Shown here: positions 38,901 to 50,075 of the stretch, one piece after another | How the letters are laid out: every line of letters starts with the position of its first letter | Position numbering within the stretch: the stretch's first letter is position 1 | NCBI GenBank assembly: GCA_964106915.2 | Contig: OZ066916.1 | DNA length: 64,000 nucleotides | Origin: Podarcis gaigeae | Taxonomy: Eukaryota | Direction: 5' to 3' (one strand) | Translations under genes and position numbers: made by a program | Notes under the pieces: generated by a model | Databases searched by the model: none | What the model was told of the DNA's origin: nothing | What the model saw: the letters and a program-made list of their open reading frames with translations, nothing else

Positions 38901-39459
38901 GTAAGTAACCAAGTAAGGGGCATACTTTCATATTTTACAATCTCTGCTTTGTTTGCTTGCTTATATATAGCCCACCCTATCCCACAAATTCAGGTTGGGT
39001 TACACCAATTCCATCAGAAAAGACAGATGAGCCACTCTCTCCAAAAGGGTTTTAAATCTAAGATAATTGATATACAAGGTTTGGAGCAACAAAGGTAGAT
39101 TGTAACAGTACTGATGTTTCATTTGGAGAATTTTAAAACCAGTATAAACAATAAGAGGCTGCAGTCCTATACACCAGGGTTATTGGAATGATGGGACTGC
39201 AACTCCTATCACCCCTGAATTTTGGCTGCAGTGCCTAGGACTGATGGAAGTTGGGGTTCAAGGATTTCTGGAGGACATCATGTCGGCTACCCGATATAAG
39301 CACACAACCTGGGAGTAAGCAGCATGGAACTAAGGGAAGCTAATCTCTGAGTACACATGCATAGGATTGCACTGTACATTCCAGAAAACATTCAATGTCA
39401 TGCAAACTGATGCTGCAAATGTCTGCTTCCCTCACATTGTCCAACTTGCTCTGTTCCAG

Positions 39460-39522
39460 CTCTGTTGCTGACTTGTATCTATGCCACCAAGGAAGCCACA
39501 AAGAAGAAAAAGTCCAAACTAT
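39460..39522 (+). CDS. VIT: VIT coding exon 2 (ALLLTCIYATKEATKKKKSKL)
   Basis: ttccag / gtaagt; hydrophobic signal core followed by a basic stretch as in vitrin. Confidence 0.88.
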
Positions 39523-39897
39523 GTAAGTGAAAATAGCAATGCACCTGACTGATGGAAGATGGGAGCTTTCAACCTCAACCCTGTGTGAGAATAGAGAGAG
39601 GCTTCATGTGTGGTATTCACTACACATCTTGCGGGCATATCAGATCTCTTCCGCTTAAAGCAAGTTACCAAAACTGAAGAAAAGTGCTGCTTGATCAGGA
39701 CAGAGGGCCATCTAGTCCGAATCCTGACTTACTCTTCTTTGCCTAAAAATGTACACCACTTGAGTACTAAAAACAAAAATGGCATTAAGTGTATATGAAC
39801 AAGCAGCTGCTGACATAACACTTCTGTGTTAATTGCATGATTCAATGCTACCAAGAGCACCAATATTAAAAATAACATTCCATTTGTGCCTTCACAG

Positions 39898-40054
39898 ATG
39901 TTCCTCAGATCGACTGTGACATCAAAGCTGCAAAGATCATCAACCCTGAATTTATCGCTAAGTGTCCCTCTGGATGTCAGGATGTCAAATATCGTGTCTA
40001 TGGCACCGATATCTATGCTTCTTTTTCCAGTATATGTGGCGCTGCTATTCACAG
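39898..40054 (+). CDS. VIT: VIT coding exon 3 (LCCL N-half: VPQIDCDIKAAKIINPEFIAKCPSGCQD...SSICGAAIH)
   Basis: ttcacag / gtcagc; LCCL motif VYGT.IYA..SSICGAAIHS. Confidence 0.95.
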
Positions 40055-40544
40055 GTCAGCAGAGTTGCCCTTCGATCTAAGACAGGGCACAGAACCACAG
40101 GGCAATGGAACCACAGTGATGGATTCCATGTTTGGGCCTTGGTTGGTCGGTATGTGCTGTGGGTAGAACTCATTGATCTTAATTTGGAAACTCTGAAATC
40201 TTTTTCTTGCGCATCAGGGTAGATTAAGCACGTGGAAGTGATTCACATCAGAGGTTTAGACTAGGTACATTCCACCTAAGAATTATCCTTAGTCCTGTAA
40301 TTATAAAGTAGCTTGCCAGATGGCTTTAGCACTGCACTGTGGAGTTAATGAGCACCAGAAAGCACAAAAACACACACACAACAACAACAACTATCTGTTG
40401 GGTTAGAACAAGTCCAGTTCTGAGGGGAGTCTGGAGAAAATGTGTAAGGCACCTGGAATTGTGCACCTGTGTGGGTTAGGCTTGCCATTCAAAAGCCATT
40501 CAGCATTCTAGGGTGTTTCTGAACTGAATGCCTTATTTTTGCAG

Positions 40545-40678
40545 TGGTATAATTGACAAGTCTGGAGGGAAAATCCTGGTTCAAAAGGTTGCTGGACAAT
40601 CTGGCTACAAGGGTAGTTTCTCCAATGGCATCCGATCGTTGTCTTTACCACGGTGGCGGGAGTCCTTCATTGTTTCAG
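40545..40678 (+). CDS. VIT: VIT coding exon 4 (LCCL C-half)
   Basis: tttttgcag / gtattt; GIIDKSGGKILVQKVAGQSGYKGSFSNGIRSLSLPRWRESFIVS. Confidence 0.95.
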
Positions 40679-42828
40679 GTATTTTTATAGCTAATCTCTT
40701 TGAAAACTAAAAATCAAATGATCTGATTATTGATACTGAAACGTTGATACACAACCATTCTGGAAACATAGTTCTATGATGGGAAAGTCTCAGCATCCTT
40801 AACTATAGTCCCCAGGATTGTTTGGGGGCAGTCATGACTGTTATCAGTGATATAATAACATTTTAAATGTATAATGCAGATGTGGTTTAAGTCTGCAGGG
40901 GTTATCTGGAATAATTTTGCTTTGGGGTATTCTTTCAAGTAATTCAGACAAGCCAGAGATTGAAACCAGTCTGAATCACTTGAAATTCTTCCCCTCTATT
41001 CAGTAATTCCCACTGCAAATACAAAAATTGCAATAAGTCATCTGTGAGTGACATCTAAATAGCAAGCCAAGCTAAGCTTGAGCAGTTGAGCCACATCCAT
41101 TGCAACTGAGCTCATTGTCTACAAGCCAAAAATAATGGCATTTCAAAGTTTAAAACAAAAACCATACTGGCAGCGTGTTTCCACTTAGCAAACAATTAGG
41201 AGTGTGGGATTTGCCAGCTTGGCCAATCAGGATCTGTACAAAGACCCATAGAAAAACAAAGAATTAGGGCTAGGAAGCCAAGCTAGAAAGCAGGATATTG
41301 TGAAGCGTGAAGAAGAGAGGCAAGTTCACAGGATTCAAATGATGAGCACGCTAGGAGGTATGCAAATTGGCTGGTACTCACTTTCAGAGTATTGAAATGT
41401 GCTGGCTTATGTGCAAACGAATAACTCCATTCAGATCAATGAGAGCTCCCTGCTAAAGTAACACAATCTGTTCTGGATGTCTTTGGGGAAGTTATGGACA
41501 TTATATTCATCTTAGTTTTCCATGCAGCAATTAAAGTATTCATTTGAAAAATGATGAAAACTAACTACATTGCCAATTGTTGTTTTTTTAAAATGTGTTT
41601 ACACATTTAGGGTTAAAACGAAAAACCAAAGAGTAGAGGCTACATGGCAAGCCAATCTAATTCACTCCCTCTGTTTGATTAATTACATGCTTAGTCTTGG
41701 GCATGTTGCAGTTTTATCACACATCAGCCTGAATTTCAGAGTTGTGTATATTTAAGCCCACTGAAATTAAGGAGCTTGATAGTGCAGTCCTATACATGCC
41801 TACTCAGATGTAAGCCACATTGAGTTCAGTGGGATTTACTCCTATTAGGTATATTTTATTTATTTATTTACTTAACAAAATTTACATACCACTTGATTGC
41901 AGTAAAACATCTAAGCATTATACATGAGAAATTAAAATTGTAAGATCAAATTCAGTTAAAACAGATATTTAAAAAGAGTTAAAATTAAAAATAGTAATTT
42001 AAACACATCTACATGTCTGGCTAGGTCTGGCATATGATTGCTTGTTGCTATAAAAGTGCTTAAGACATTTACTTACCACTGTAAATGTTAAAAACATTTA
42101 CCGTTTCTAAAAATGTTGCTATATAATGTAGTTTGATGTGGGAAATGTCAAGAGGTAACATGATGTGGCACAATGAAAGGTTTATGGTTTGTACCAGACT
42201 ATAACTGTCACAATCTCCCATATGTGGTTTAAATGTGAACTCAAATGTAGCTTACACACACACTGAATTCTTTCACTATTATCATGGTTATTCATGGGCT
42301 CTAATAACAATCTGTAATGAAACAGAATTTGATTAAAAATTATGTATGTGGTAAATAAGGGGAACCACCTAGAGGCATGGGGTATTTTTGTGAGGTAGTG
42401 TTTTACTTGCATCCATGACATAAATCTTGGTTAGTTCAGTGGAATAAGTTTTGTTATGTTACCCTTGCAAACAACCACCACCTCAGGAGACATGAATGGC
42501 AAAGCAATATGAAGTTGCTTGTTCTTTAATATTAAAGCAGTTTTACGCATGAAAGGTACTAGCCCACCCACATGTTCTTTTGTACCACAGAGCAGCTGGC
42601 ATGGCAGATCTTGCGGTGAATAACTGAAAGCCCTGGGGGAAATTGCAAAGGTCTAATTACCTGAAGGCTGATTTAAGAACTTATATTATGCTAAATATGT
42701 ATATCTTATACTGCATTAGATATATGCTGTAGATCTACTGGATTAAAATGTGTTTGCTTTATTGCAAGGTCATGTACTCTCTCCAATTTGGCTTTTCTTG
42801 TTTTTGTTTCTTTGTTTGTTTTCCACAG

Positions 42829-42903
42829 AGGGCAAACCCAAAAAAGGTGTGCAGTACCCATCAACACTTGAATATTCATCTTCCTCAAACACACCTGTTA
42901 AAG
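42829..42903 (+). CDS. VIT: VIT coding exon 5 (EGKPKKGVQYPSTLEYSSSSNTPVK), GC donor
   Basis: ttccacag acceptor; a phase-1 end requires the donor ag|gcaagt. Confidence 0.85.

Positions 42904-42907
<4 letters not shown>

Positions 42908-42986
<79 letters not shown>
42908..42986. repeat. (GT)n(GA)n microsatellite
   Basis: Direct reading of the sequence. Confidence 0.9.
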
Positions 42987-42991
<5 letters not shown>

Positions 42992-43362
42992 TGTGTGTGT
43001 TGTGTTCTTCCATATACAGCTCCACCTGCACTATACATTTAAAGCAGCATCTTACTGCTTTACGTAGTCATGGTTTTCCCCAAATAATCCAGAGTCCTCA
43101 AATTTGTTAAGTGCACTGAGAGTTATTTAGAGGCCCTATTCTCCTCTCAGAGCTTTTAGGGACTGGGAGCAAAGGCTGCCATATGAGACTCAGCAACACC
43201 ATGCCAAGTGTCCAATAAAGCTGGTAGCAACCACCACACACAAGCATCCCAAAGGAATGTGCGGCTGACACTAAATTCACAGCACCTATACTTTTGCATC
43301 TCTGCAAATGGCAGATAGCATTTTCTTTGATATTAATTCACTATATTTCTATACTAATATAG

Positions 43363-43584
43363 GAGGTTCCCAACGGAAAGAGTATCGGACAACTGCAGTG
43401 CCATTACAAACTACACAAGGTGCATTTACAACAGCAAAAGCTGCTATCAGGACAACCGAATTTGTCAGCACAACTCCAAAGCCAGCAACAATCCCAACTA
43501 CAGTCACGACAACCATCACTATCCAGGCAACTACTGGTGTAGCTACAAAGCCTCCAATTGCGATTCACAAGGTCAGGGACATAG
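43363..43584 (+). CDS. VIT: VIT coding exon 6 (Thr/Pro/Ala-rich mucin-like linker)
   Basis: aatatag / gtgagc; within ORF 43308..43673; phase 1/1, 222 nt. Confidence 0.85.
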
Positions 43585-44503
43585 GTGAGCAAAATGGCAG
43601 AGGTCATAGTGGCTTAACAATGTGTTTGTGCTATAACAGGAGTGAAGAAATTTCAACCTGTGGATCTAGTTAGGCCTCCCCAAGCTGTCACTTATAGTGT
43701 GACAAGTAAAATCTCAGCACAGCTAAATTCAAAAGGAAGACTCTGGCATGTGTTCAAGCCAGGTTGTGAATTCATAAAACTCTGAAGTCAAGCAAAGGCT
43801 GCAAAGGATTGGATTTATAATTTACCTGATGCCGTAGGATGGGATATCAGTTTAGTCGACAGTTGGGTGGCCATACCAGGCAGCATGTCAGTATGCCAAG
43901 TTCAACGCCTGAGGGTCAGTTCACACAACCAAAGTCCAAAATCCAAAGGTCAGGAAACAAGGTTCATGGTCATGCCAAGTCCAAAGTCCAGTAGTCGGGA
44001 TACAATACAGAGTCAAACCTGAAGCTCAGTCCTGTGGCGGTCCAGAAACACCCAAATCAAGGCCCATCAACATGGGCAGCTGAGAAAAAACAGCCCCTCA
44101 GCTCTGCTTCCCTTTTGTAATTTCCATGCTGATTGCAGCATCTGGGCTTGATGAGGCAGGTGACCCTCACCTGCTCCAAGCCTACTTCAGCTGAGCAATC
44201 ACACCCCGTCCTCCCAGAGCTAGTTAGCCCCACCTGGTCAAGTAGGGAGCTGGACTGTGGGCCCTTGCCTGTCTCAGCCTCCTAGAGTGCCACTCCCGCT
44301 GCTCCTACACCTCAGAGCTTCTGTATTCATCCTCCCCATCCTCTGCTCTTACTCTTACTCTTACAATTTAAAGAAGGATCATCATCTTCACAGAACAGTG
44401 CACTTTGGCCATTTGTTTTCCATCGCCTCATTCTCTGTTTTGCATACTGATTTTTCTCCTTTTCCATTTGCTATAGTGAGGGCTTCTCTGGTTTGTTCTT
44501 AGG

Positions 44504-44594
44504 GAACTGTTTAGGGAAGATTTAATGTTTAACAGAGTATTGTATTTTAATATTTTGTTGGAAGCCATACAGATGGGCGGGGTATAAATAATAA

Positions 44595-44640
<46 letters not shown>
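44504..44640 (+). mobile_element. L2 3'-terminal fragment with (TTA)n tail
   Basis: Matches 34975-35103 (tgtttaggga..ttt...attgtatttta.t.tttg.tggaagcc...cagatgggcgggg..taaata..(tta)n); flanked by ttagg at 44499-44503 and 44638-44642. Confidence 0.85.
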
Positions 44641-44641
44641 G

Positions 44642-44692
44642 GTTCTAGCAACGTCCATCCAGCTTACTCCTCAGTAGCAGCTGTAGCATCAA
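44642..44692 (+). CDS. VIT: VIT coding exon 7 (GSSNVHPAYSSVAAVAS)
   Basis: Acceptor (tta)n-g, perfect donor gtaagt; 51 nt, phase 1/1; its last base a completes AGG (Arg) with the next exon. Confidence 0.7.
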
Positions 44693-44994
44693 GTAAGTAC
44701 AGAGGCAGTGCATTGTCATATCACGACTGCAATCCTAGGAAGCCCAGGGAAATCAGTGGGTTTATGTCTGATTATACACCATGGGAATGTGTTTAAATGG
44801 CCATTGTTTTATCTCTTTCACTAAGGAAAAAGTAGCTTAAGGAAAAAGTAGCTTCAGTTATCCCTGTTTTATAAGATGTTCTCCATACCTTCCATCCATG
44901 CCATAGAACTACAGTTCCCAAGGTTCCCTGGAAAAAGATAATGACTGTTCAACTAGTTTGAATCTTTCTTGTGACTAGACCCATCTCTACATAA

Positions 44995-45119
44995 CAGGGG
45001 TGGGGAACTTTTTTGGACTTCCATGTGCTGTTGGACTCCAGCTCCTACTAAGCCACACTTGCTGAGACTGATGGGAGTTGGAGTCAAACATCTAGAGGGG
45101 CACAAGTTCCCCATTCCTG
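44995..45119. mobile_element. hAT-type MITE
   Basis: TIR-like ends caggggtggggaact / agttccccattcctg; imperfect 8-bp TSD ctacataa / ctaagtaa. Confidence 0.6.
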
Positions 45120-45216
45120 CTAAGTAATATATATCTCTCTGTAATTATTGTTTCATAAATCCTATATTTAATCTCAGTTGGTAGAGCCTGAGAATCTTAA
45201 TCTCAGGTTATGGGTT

Positions 45217-45749
45217 CTGAGCAGAATTCAAAGTGTTGATGCTGACCTTTAAAGCCTTAAACCAGGCATAGGCAAACTCAGCCCTACATATGTTTTGGGA
45301 CTACAACTCCCATGATTCCTAGCTAACAGGACCAGTGGTCAGGGATGGTGGGAATTGTAGTCCCAAAACATCTGGAGGGCTGAGTTTGCCTATGCCTGCC
45401 CTAAACAGCCTCAGCCCAGTATACCTGAAGGAGTGTCTCCACCCCCCATCGTTCTACCTGGACCGAGGGCCTTCTGGCAGCGCCGAGGGCCTTCTGGCAG
45501 TTCCCTCACTACGAGAAGTGAAGTTACAGGGAACCAGGCAGAGGGCCTTCTCGGTAGTGGCACCCGCCCTATGGAATGCCCTCCCACCAGATGTCAAAGA
45601 GATAAACAACTATATGACATTTAGAAGACTTCTGAAGGCAGCCCTGTTTAGGGAAATTTAGAATGATTGATGTTTTAATGTATTTTTAATCTTTTGTTGG
45701 AAGCCGCCCAGAGTGGGGAAAGCCAGCCAGATGGGTGGGGTAGAAATAA

Positions 45750-45802
<53 letters not shown>

Positions 45803-45803
45803 T
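45217..45803 (+). mobile_element. L2 LINE 3' fragment (same family as 34134-35103)
   Basis: QGTRQRAFSVVAPALWNALPPDVKE identical to the other copy; (tta)n tail. Confidence 0.9.
45263..45398. mobile_element. hAT-type MITE nested in L2
   Basis: 23-bp perfect TIR caggcataggcaaactcagccct; 8-bp TSD ccttaaac / ccctaaac. Confidence 0.9.
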
Positions 45804-46014
45804 ATGGGTTTGAGTCTCATGTTGGGCAAAAGATTCTTACATTGCAAGCGGTTAGACTAGATGACCTGTGTGCTTCTATGTTAAAAACTAAAGGATTAGG
45901 ACAAGAGTCTCTTACCTCCTGCAGCTATAAAATTATCACTTTTAAAAAGAAATGTCTTTTAAAAATAGTTTTGGGAACTGCAAATAACATTTTCTGTTTT
46001 AATGCATATTTTAG

Positions 46015-46053
46015 GGCAGGTTCAAGCTGTACAAGGAAGAACCCAGAATCAAG
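46015..46053 (+). CDS. VIT: VIT coding exon 8 (RQVQAVQGRTQNQ)
   Basis: attttag / gtatgt; 39 nt, phase 1/1. Confidence 0.72.
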
Positions 46054-46176
46054 GTATGTCCTAACTTAAATGGATATATATTTTCTTCATTTAAGCTAAG
46101 TTTAGTTTAAAGTAATCATATTTACTAATTACAATTTATTCAAGTTTATGTGTTGACCAGTAAAATATTTTTAAAG

Positions 46177-46233
46177 CATTCAGAGGCAGTTCCAGCCATG
46201 CAAGTAACAGAAATATCGCTCGACCTAATACAG
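46177..46233 (+). CDS. VIT: VIT coding exon 9 (AFRGSSSHASNRNIARPNT)
   Basis: tttttaaag / gtaaaa; 57 nt, phase 1/1. Confidence 0.68.
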
Positions 46234-46968
46234 GTAAAACCTTCATATGATTTTTAAAATGTTTTCCGGTTATAAAAAGCAGCAACCAGAGCCCACTCTT
46301 AAAGACGTTCTCTTGGAAGTTAGTTTCCCTGAGTTACCTACAATTACTACTTAGGAAATACGCCTAAGAAATACTGGATACAATTTAGCCCAAGTTAAGA
46401 ATTTTAATTCCCTGTTACTTCAGTAGAAGATATTGAAACACATGCTTGACTCTCCCTGTGAAATGGCTGGGATTTAAAATAAAAAGATTTGGCTGGATTG
46501 CAGCCATTCTGATTTTGCAGCATTTCTGTATTGTTATTATTTATTAAACTTATATACCACCCTATACCCACAGGCCTGTAGTGGTCTGCTAGTTATCCTC
46601 TAAAGTTCAAACTACTTGAGTCAAGTTATTTTGTAGGAGTTGAAATCCATAACCCATTTACATCGCCAGAGCAGTTCTAATAAAGTGAACAGGACTGGCC
46701 TGATTAAATTATGTATAGATTGCAACCCAAGCCCAAGAAACGTCAATTGACTTCCGTGTGACATTATGATAGCATTTCAGGCTGTAAATGCTGAGGGGCA
46801 GAGTGCCCATCCTATTAAAAATTGCTGAAGCTAAACTGTCTTGACGTACAGGGAAGTCCCTATTAATACTACCCCCATTTTAAAACTGGTGGTTCTTAGG
46901 TAATGAAACAGACTCACCAGAATTATGCCACTGTGTATTAAAGTTGACCCTTTTGACAAACCACACAG

Positions 46969-47031
46969 GTCTTCAACGGCAAGAGCCAATTGTCTCATTC
47001 CGGAAGCCTTCCACCTCTCCTGCCAATCTGG
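46969..47031 (+). CDS. VIT: VIT coding exon 10 (GLQRQEPIVSFRKPSTSPANL)
   Basis: cacacag / gtaagc; resembles the mammalian vitrin GIQRQDP...FQKP segment. Confidence 0.85.
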
Positions 47032-47241
47032 GTAAGCTTCCCCATAAACCAAGGCAGATTTTGACAGGATTTGTCACCCAGATTTCTCTGGGCTTGTTAG
47101 TCTGAACCAGAAGCACGACCTCCTCTCACCTCGTATGCAAAAAATCTATTGTTTTCAACAGAGCAGTGCTTGAGTCATCTGAGTATTCTTTTACATCCAG
47201 TTCCCTATGTCTGGTGCTCATTTCAGGCAGTTTCCTATATA

Positions 47242-47990
47242 TAGTGGTGCCTCGCAAGACGAAATTAATTCGTTCCGCAAGTCTTTTCGTCTTGCGAGTT
47301 TTTCGTCTTGCGAAGCACGGTTTCCCATAGGAATGCATTGAAAATCAATCAATGCGTTCCTATAGAAACCGCCTTCAGACCAGGTCCGGGGACAGTCTGT
47401 CCCCCGACCTCTTCTGAAGGCCGGTGGGGGGCGAAAGTCTTTGCTTCCCCCTCCCCCGCCTGCCTTCCCGGGAGAGCGGAGACTTCTCTGCTGTCCCGGG
47501 GCGATCTTAAAATGCTGGCGGGCGGCAGCGAAGGCAGCGCTGCGTTTCTCCGCTCTCCCAGGAAGGCAGGCAGGGGGGAGCAAAGACTTTTGCCCCCCGC
47601 CAGCCTTCAGAAGAGGTCCAGGACCTCTTCTGAAGGCGGGCGGGGGGCAAAAGTCTTTGCTCCCCCCGCCTGCCTTCAAAAGCCATCCGGGATAGCGGGA
47701 AGCGCTTCCCTGCTATCCCGGACTGCTTTTAAAATGCTGGCGGTGGGGAGCAAAGCCTTTCGGCCCCCGCCGGCCTTCCTGGACCTCTTCTGAAGGCCGG
47801 AGTGGGGGGAAAGGCTTTTCTCCCCACCGCTAGCATTTAAAAGAGGTCCCCGGAGATTTCCCTATGGGCTTTCTTCTTGCGAAGCAAGCCCATAGGGAAA
47901 TTCGTTTTGCGAAGCGCCTCCAAAACGGAAAACCCTTTCGTCTAGCGGATTTTTCGTCTTGCGAGGTGTTCGTCTTGCGGGGCACCACTG
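47242..47990. mobile_element. Tc1/mariner (Tigger/pogo-like) non-autonomous element with GC-rich internal repeats
   Basis: TIRs agtggtgcctcgcaagacgaa / ttcgtcttgcggggcaccact; TA flanks at 47240-47241 and 47991-47992; subterminal ttcgtcttgcga repeats. Confidence 0.88.
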
Positions 47991-48869
47991 TATGCAGAAT
48001 AAACTTTAGTCTTGATTAAAGTATTGTCTCTAAGGGCCTGGTGTTTCATTGCAGATCTGTACTGCAACATATTCTTGACATGATCATAGTGCATTAGTAG
48101 AGGGTTTAGCCTGCTTTGGTTTGTTCTGCAGTGTTTCCCAAAGCTATCTATCACATTATTGCTATCTGGAGGGGCCGTATTGCAATAAAAGCAAAAGCAA
48201 AAATAAATCAGAACATTTCTGGTTTAAAAAGCTATGGGATTTCATCAGGAAGTGGCAAGATATGCGGTTATTGGAAATAAAGCAAAAACCAAAAAACCTT
48301 TGCAGATGCAAACAGTATTGAAAAGGAGGTCACATATGACTGCCCCAATAGCATCATGAGCACAAATCACCCGTCTCACATCACAGTATCTGCCCAAACA
48401 CTGGAAATTGAGGCTGACAAAAAACAACACAAAAGGCAATTTCCATAGTGCATCAGCCCCTTCTTTGAGAAACAATCATTAAAAGAAATGGGACAAGCCA
48501 AAGACCCAGGAAACAGCTGGCTTGTCACTTTTTTGTTGTTGGAACAAACAGTATGAACAAAGCCACATAAGTACCCTCCTCAAAAGTTCATGTCAAAACT
48601 ATAAAAAAAAATCATTTGTTTCTGGCACAGAATGTCTCTTAACTTAATATTTCACTTAAGGAAGGATCTGTCATATCCATGTCATGCTCTATTTATTCTG
48701 CTTCTTACATATACTTCTGCTTATTCTCACATATACTTCATTTTACAAAGTGTCTCGCCTAAAGGAACAGCATTTGTTCTGTTAACTTCAGATTGGTTTG
48801 GGTTAGTGGTTTGCTTTTGTTTCTTTTACTTTTAAGTAATTACTGTTTCCCCCCTCTTTTGTGTGGAAG

Positions 48870-48917
48870 CTATAGAAACAGACTTGTGGAAACTGGGATC
48901 AAGCCTTTTTGACACAG
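48870..48917 (+). CDS. VIT: VIT coding exon 11 (AIETDLWKLGSSLFDT); alternative in-frame acceptor at 48876
   Basis: ggaag|ctatag|aaac tandem acceptors, donor gtagta; D.WK.GS motif. Confidence 0.72.
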
Positions 48918-49535
48918 GTAGTATTACACAATGTTTTCTAATCACCAACTGTGTCATTTTAAGGCTTTCGATTGGAGCTGCATCTTTACCTGCCTCACAC
49001 GAGACGTAGGTGGGCGTGGCTTGATAAGCCAAATTAGCACCCCTAATTGCAAGACCTAATTAAGTCCGCAGACTAGAAGCTCCCCCACTTGCTGCTTTAG
49101 GAAGAAATTACAAGGCCCTTTTTACATGAGAAGCATTTGCATGCTATATGCAAGAAATCTGCCTGTATGATCATCACACACATTATAAATTTCCACAGAA
49201 ATGTTGTGAACAGTGGCTATCCTGAGTATGAATTGGGCGAATCCACACTTACTTTTTGGCCTGGGCTTTCAAGGCACAGGTCTGCACTTCAAAGCTATGT
49301 GTCCAAGCACTCTTTCTTTTGCAATTCACAATTTGGGTTTCCAATGGATTGGTATTTGTGCCAATCCAATGGTGAGGAGTCGGTTTTTGTGGGGAAAGCT
49401 CCAGAGCAAAAAACAGAGCCACTCCGACATGGAGCTTTAAAGTACGGACCATGCCTGGAAAATGTGGAGGAAAGGGTGGACAAGCCCTTTTGTGCCCATT
49501 TGGACAAGCAAATGGAATGTAGGAAAAGAAAATTG

Positions 49536-49537
<2 letters not shown>

Positions 49538-49587
<50 letters not shown>

Positions 49588-50075
49588 TAGACCCTGCTCT
49601 CCTCAGCCAAGGCCAGGTTCAGGGTGGCTAACACCAAATATATAATACATTAAAAACACAAAATCAAACGATTAGTTTAAAATACAATTTGAATCACATT
49701 TAAAATCAAAATAGAATTAAGTGGGAACCCACAAATCATAACCATAGGGGTAAGGAATTAAAAGCTCACCAGGCCCGGCCACTCATGCTGGTCCCATATG
49801 GGCCGATTACATACAGGGTCCTATAGAAAGAAGGGAGTCGACTGGGCCCGCACCAAAGGCCTGGCAGAACAGCTCCATCTTGCAGGCCCTGCGGAAAGAT
49901 GTCAAATCCCGCAGGGCCCTGGTCTCTTGCGACAGAGCATTCCACCACACTGGGCCAGGGCTGAAAAGGCTCTGGCCCTGGTCAAGGCCAGTCTAACTTC
50001 CTTGAGGCCCAGGACCTCCAAAGTAGTATTGTTTGTGGACCATAAGGTCCTCCACGGCGGGGCATACCAGGAGAG
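49538..50075 (-). mobile_element. L2-like LINE 3' fragment with (TTA)n array
   Basis: Minus-strand translation includes FDIFPQGLQDGAVLPGL, a shifted frame of the L2 3' ORF; agagcattccacc...gggccaggg.tgaaaagg is antisense of the AFSV.AP.LWN region. Confidence 0.7.

Larger units (their letters stand above)
45172..45878 (+). mobile_element. tRNA-Lys/CR1 SINE split by an L2 insertion (45172-45216 and 45802-45878)
   Basis: Head ctcagttggtagagcctgagaatcttaatctcagg resumes as gagtctcatgttgggcaaaagattc after the L2; TSD ttatgggtt. Confidence 0.75.

Noticed and set aside
45713-46069. Poly-Tyr ORFs (also 49137-49631)
   Set aside because: Translations of (TTA)n LINE tails; the real VIT exon at 46015-46053 is in a different frame.
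47218-47793. Long overlapping ORFs (153 and 161 aa) on both strands
   Set aside because: Products of GC-rich internal repeats of a non-autonomous transposon; no transposase motifs.
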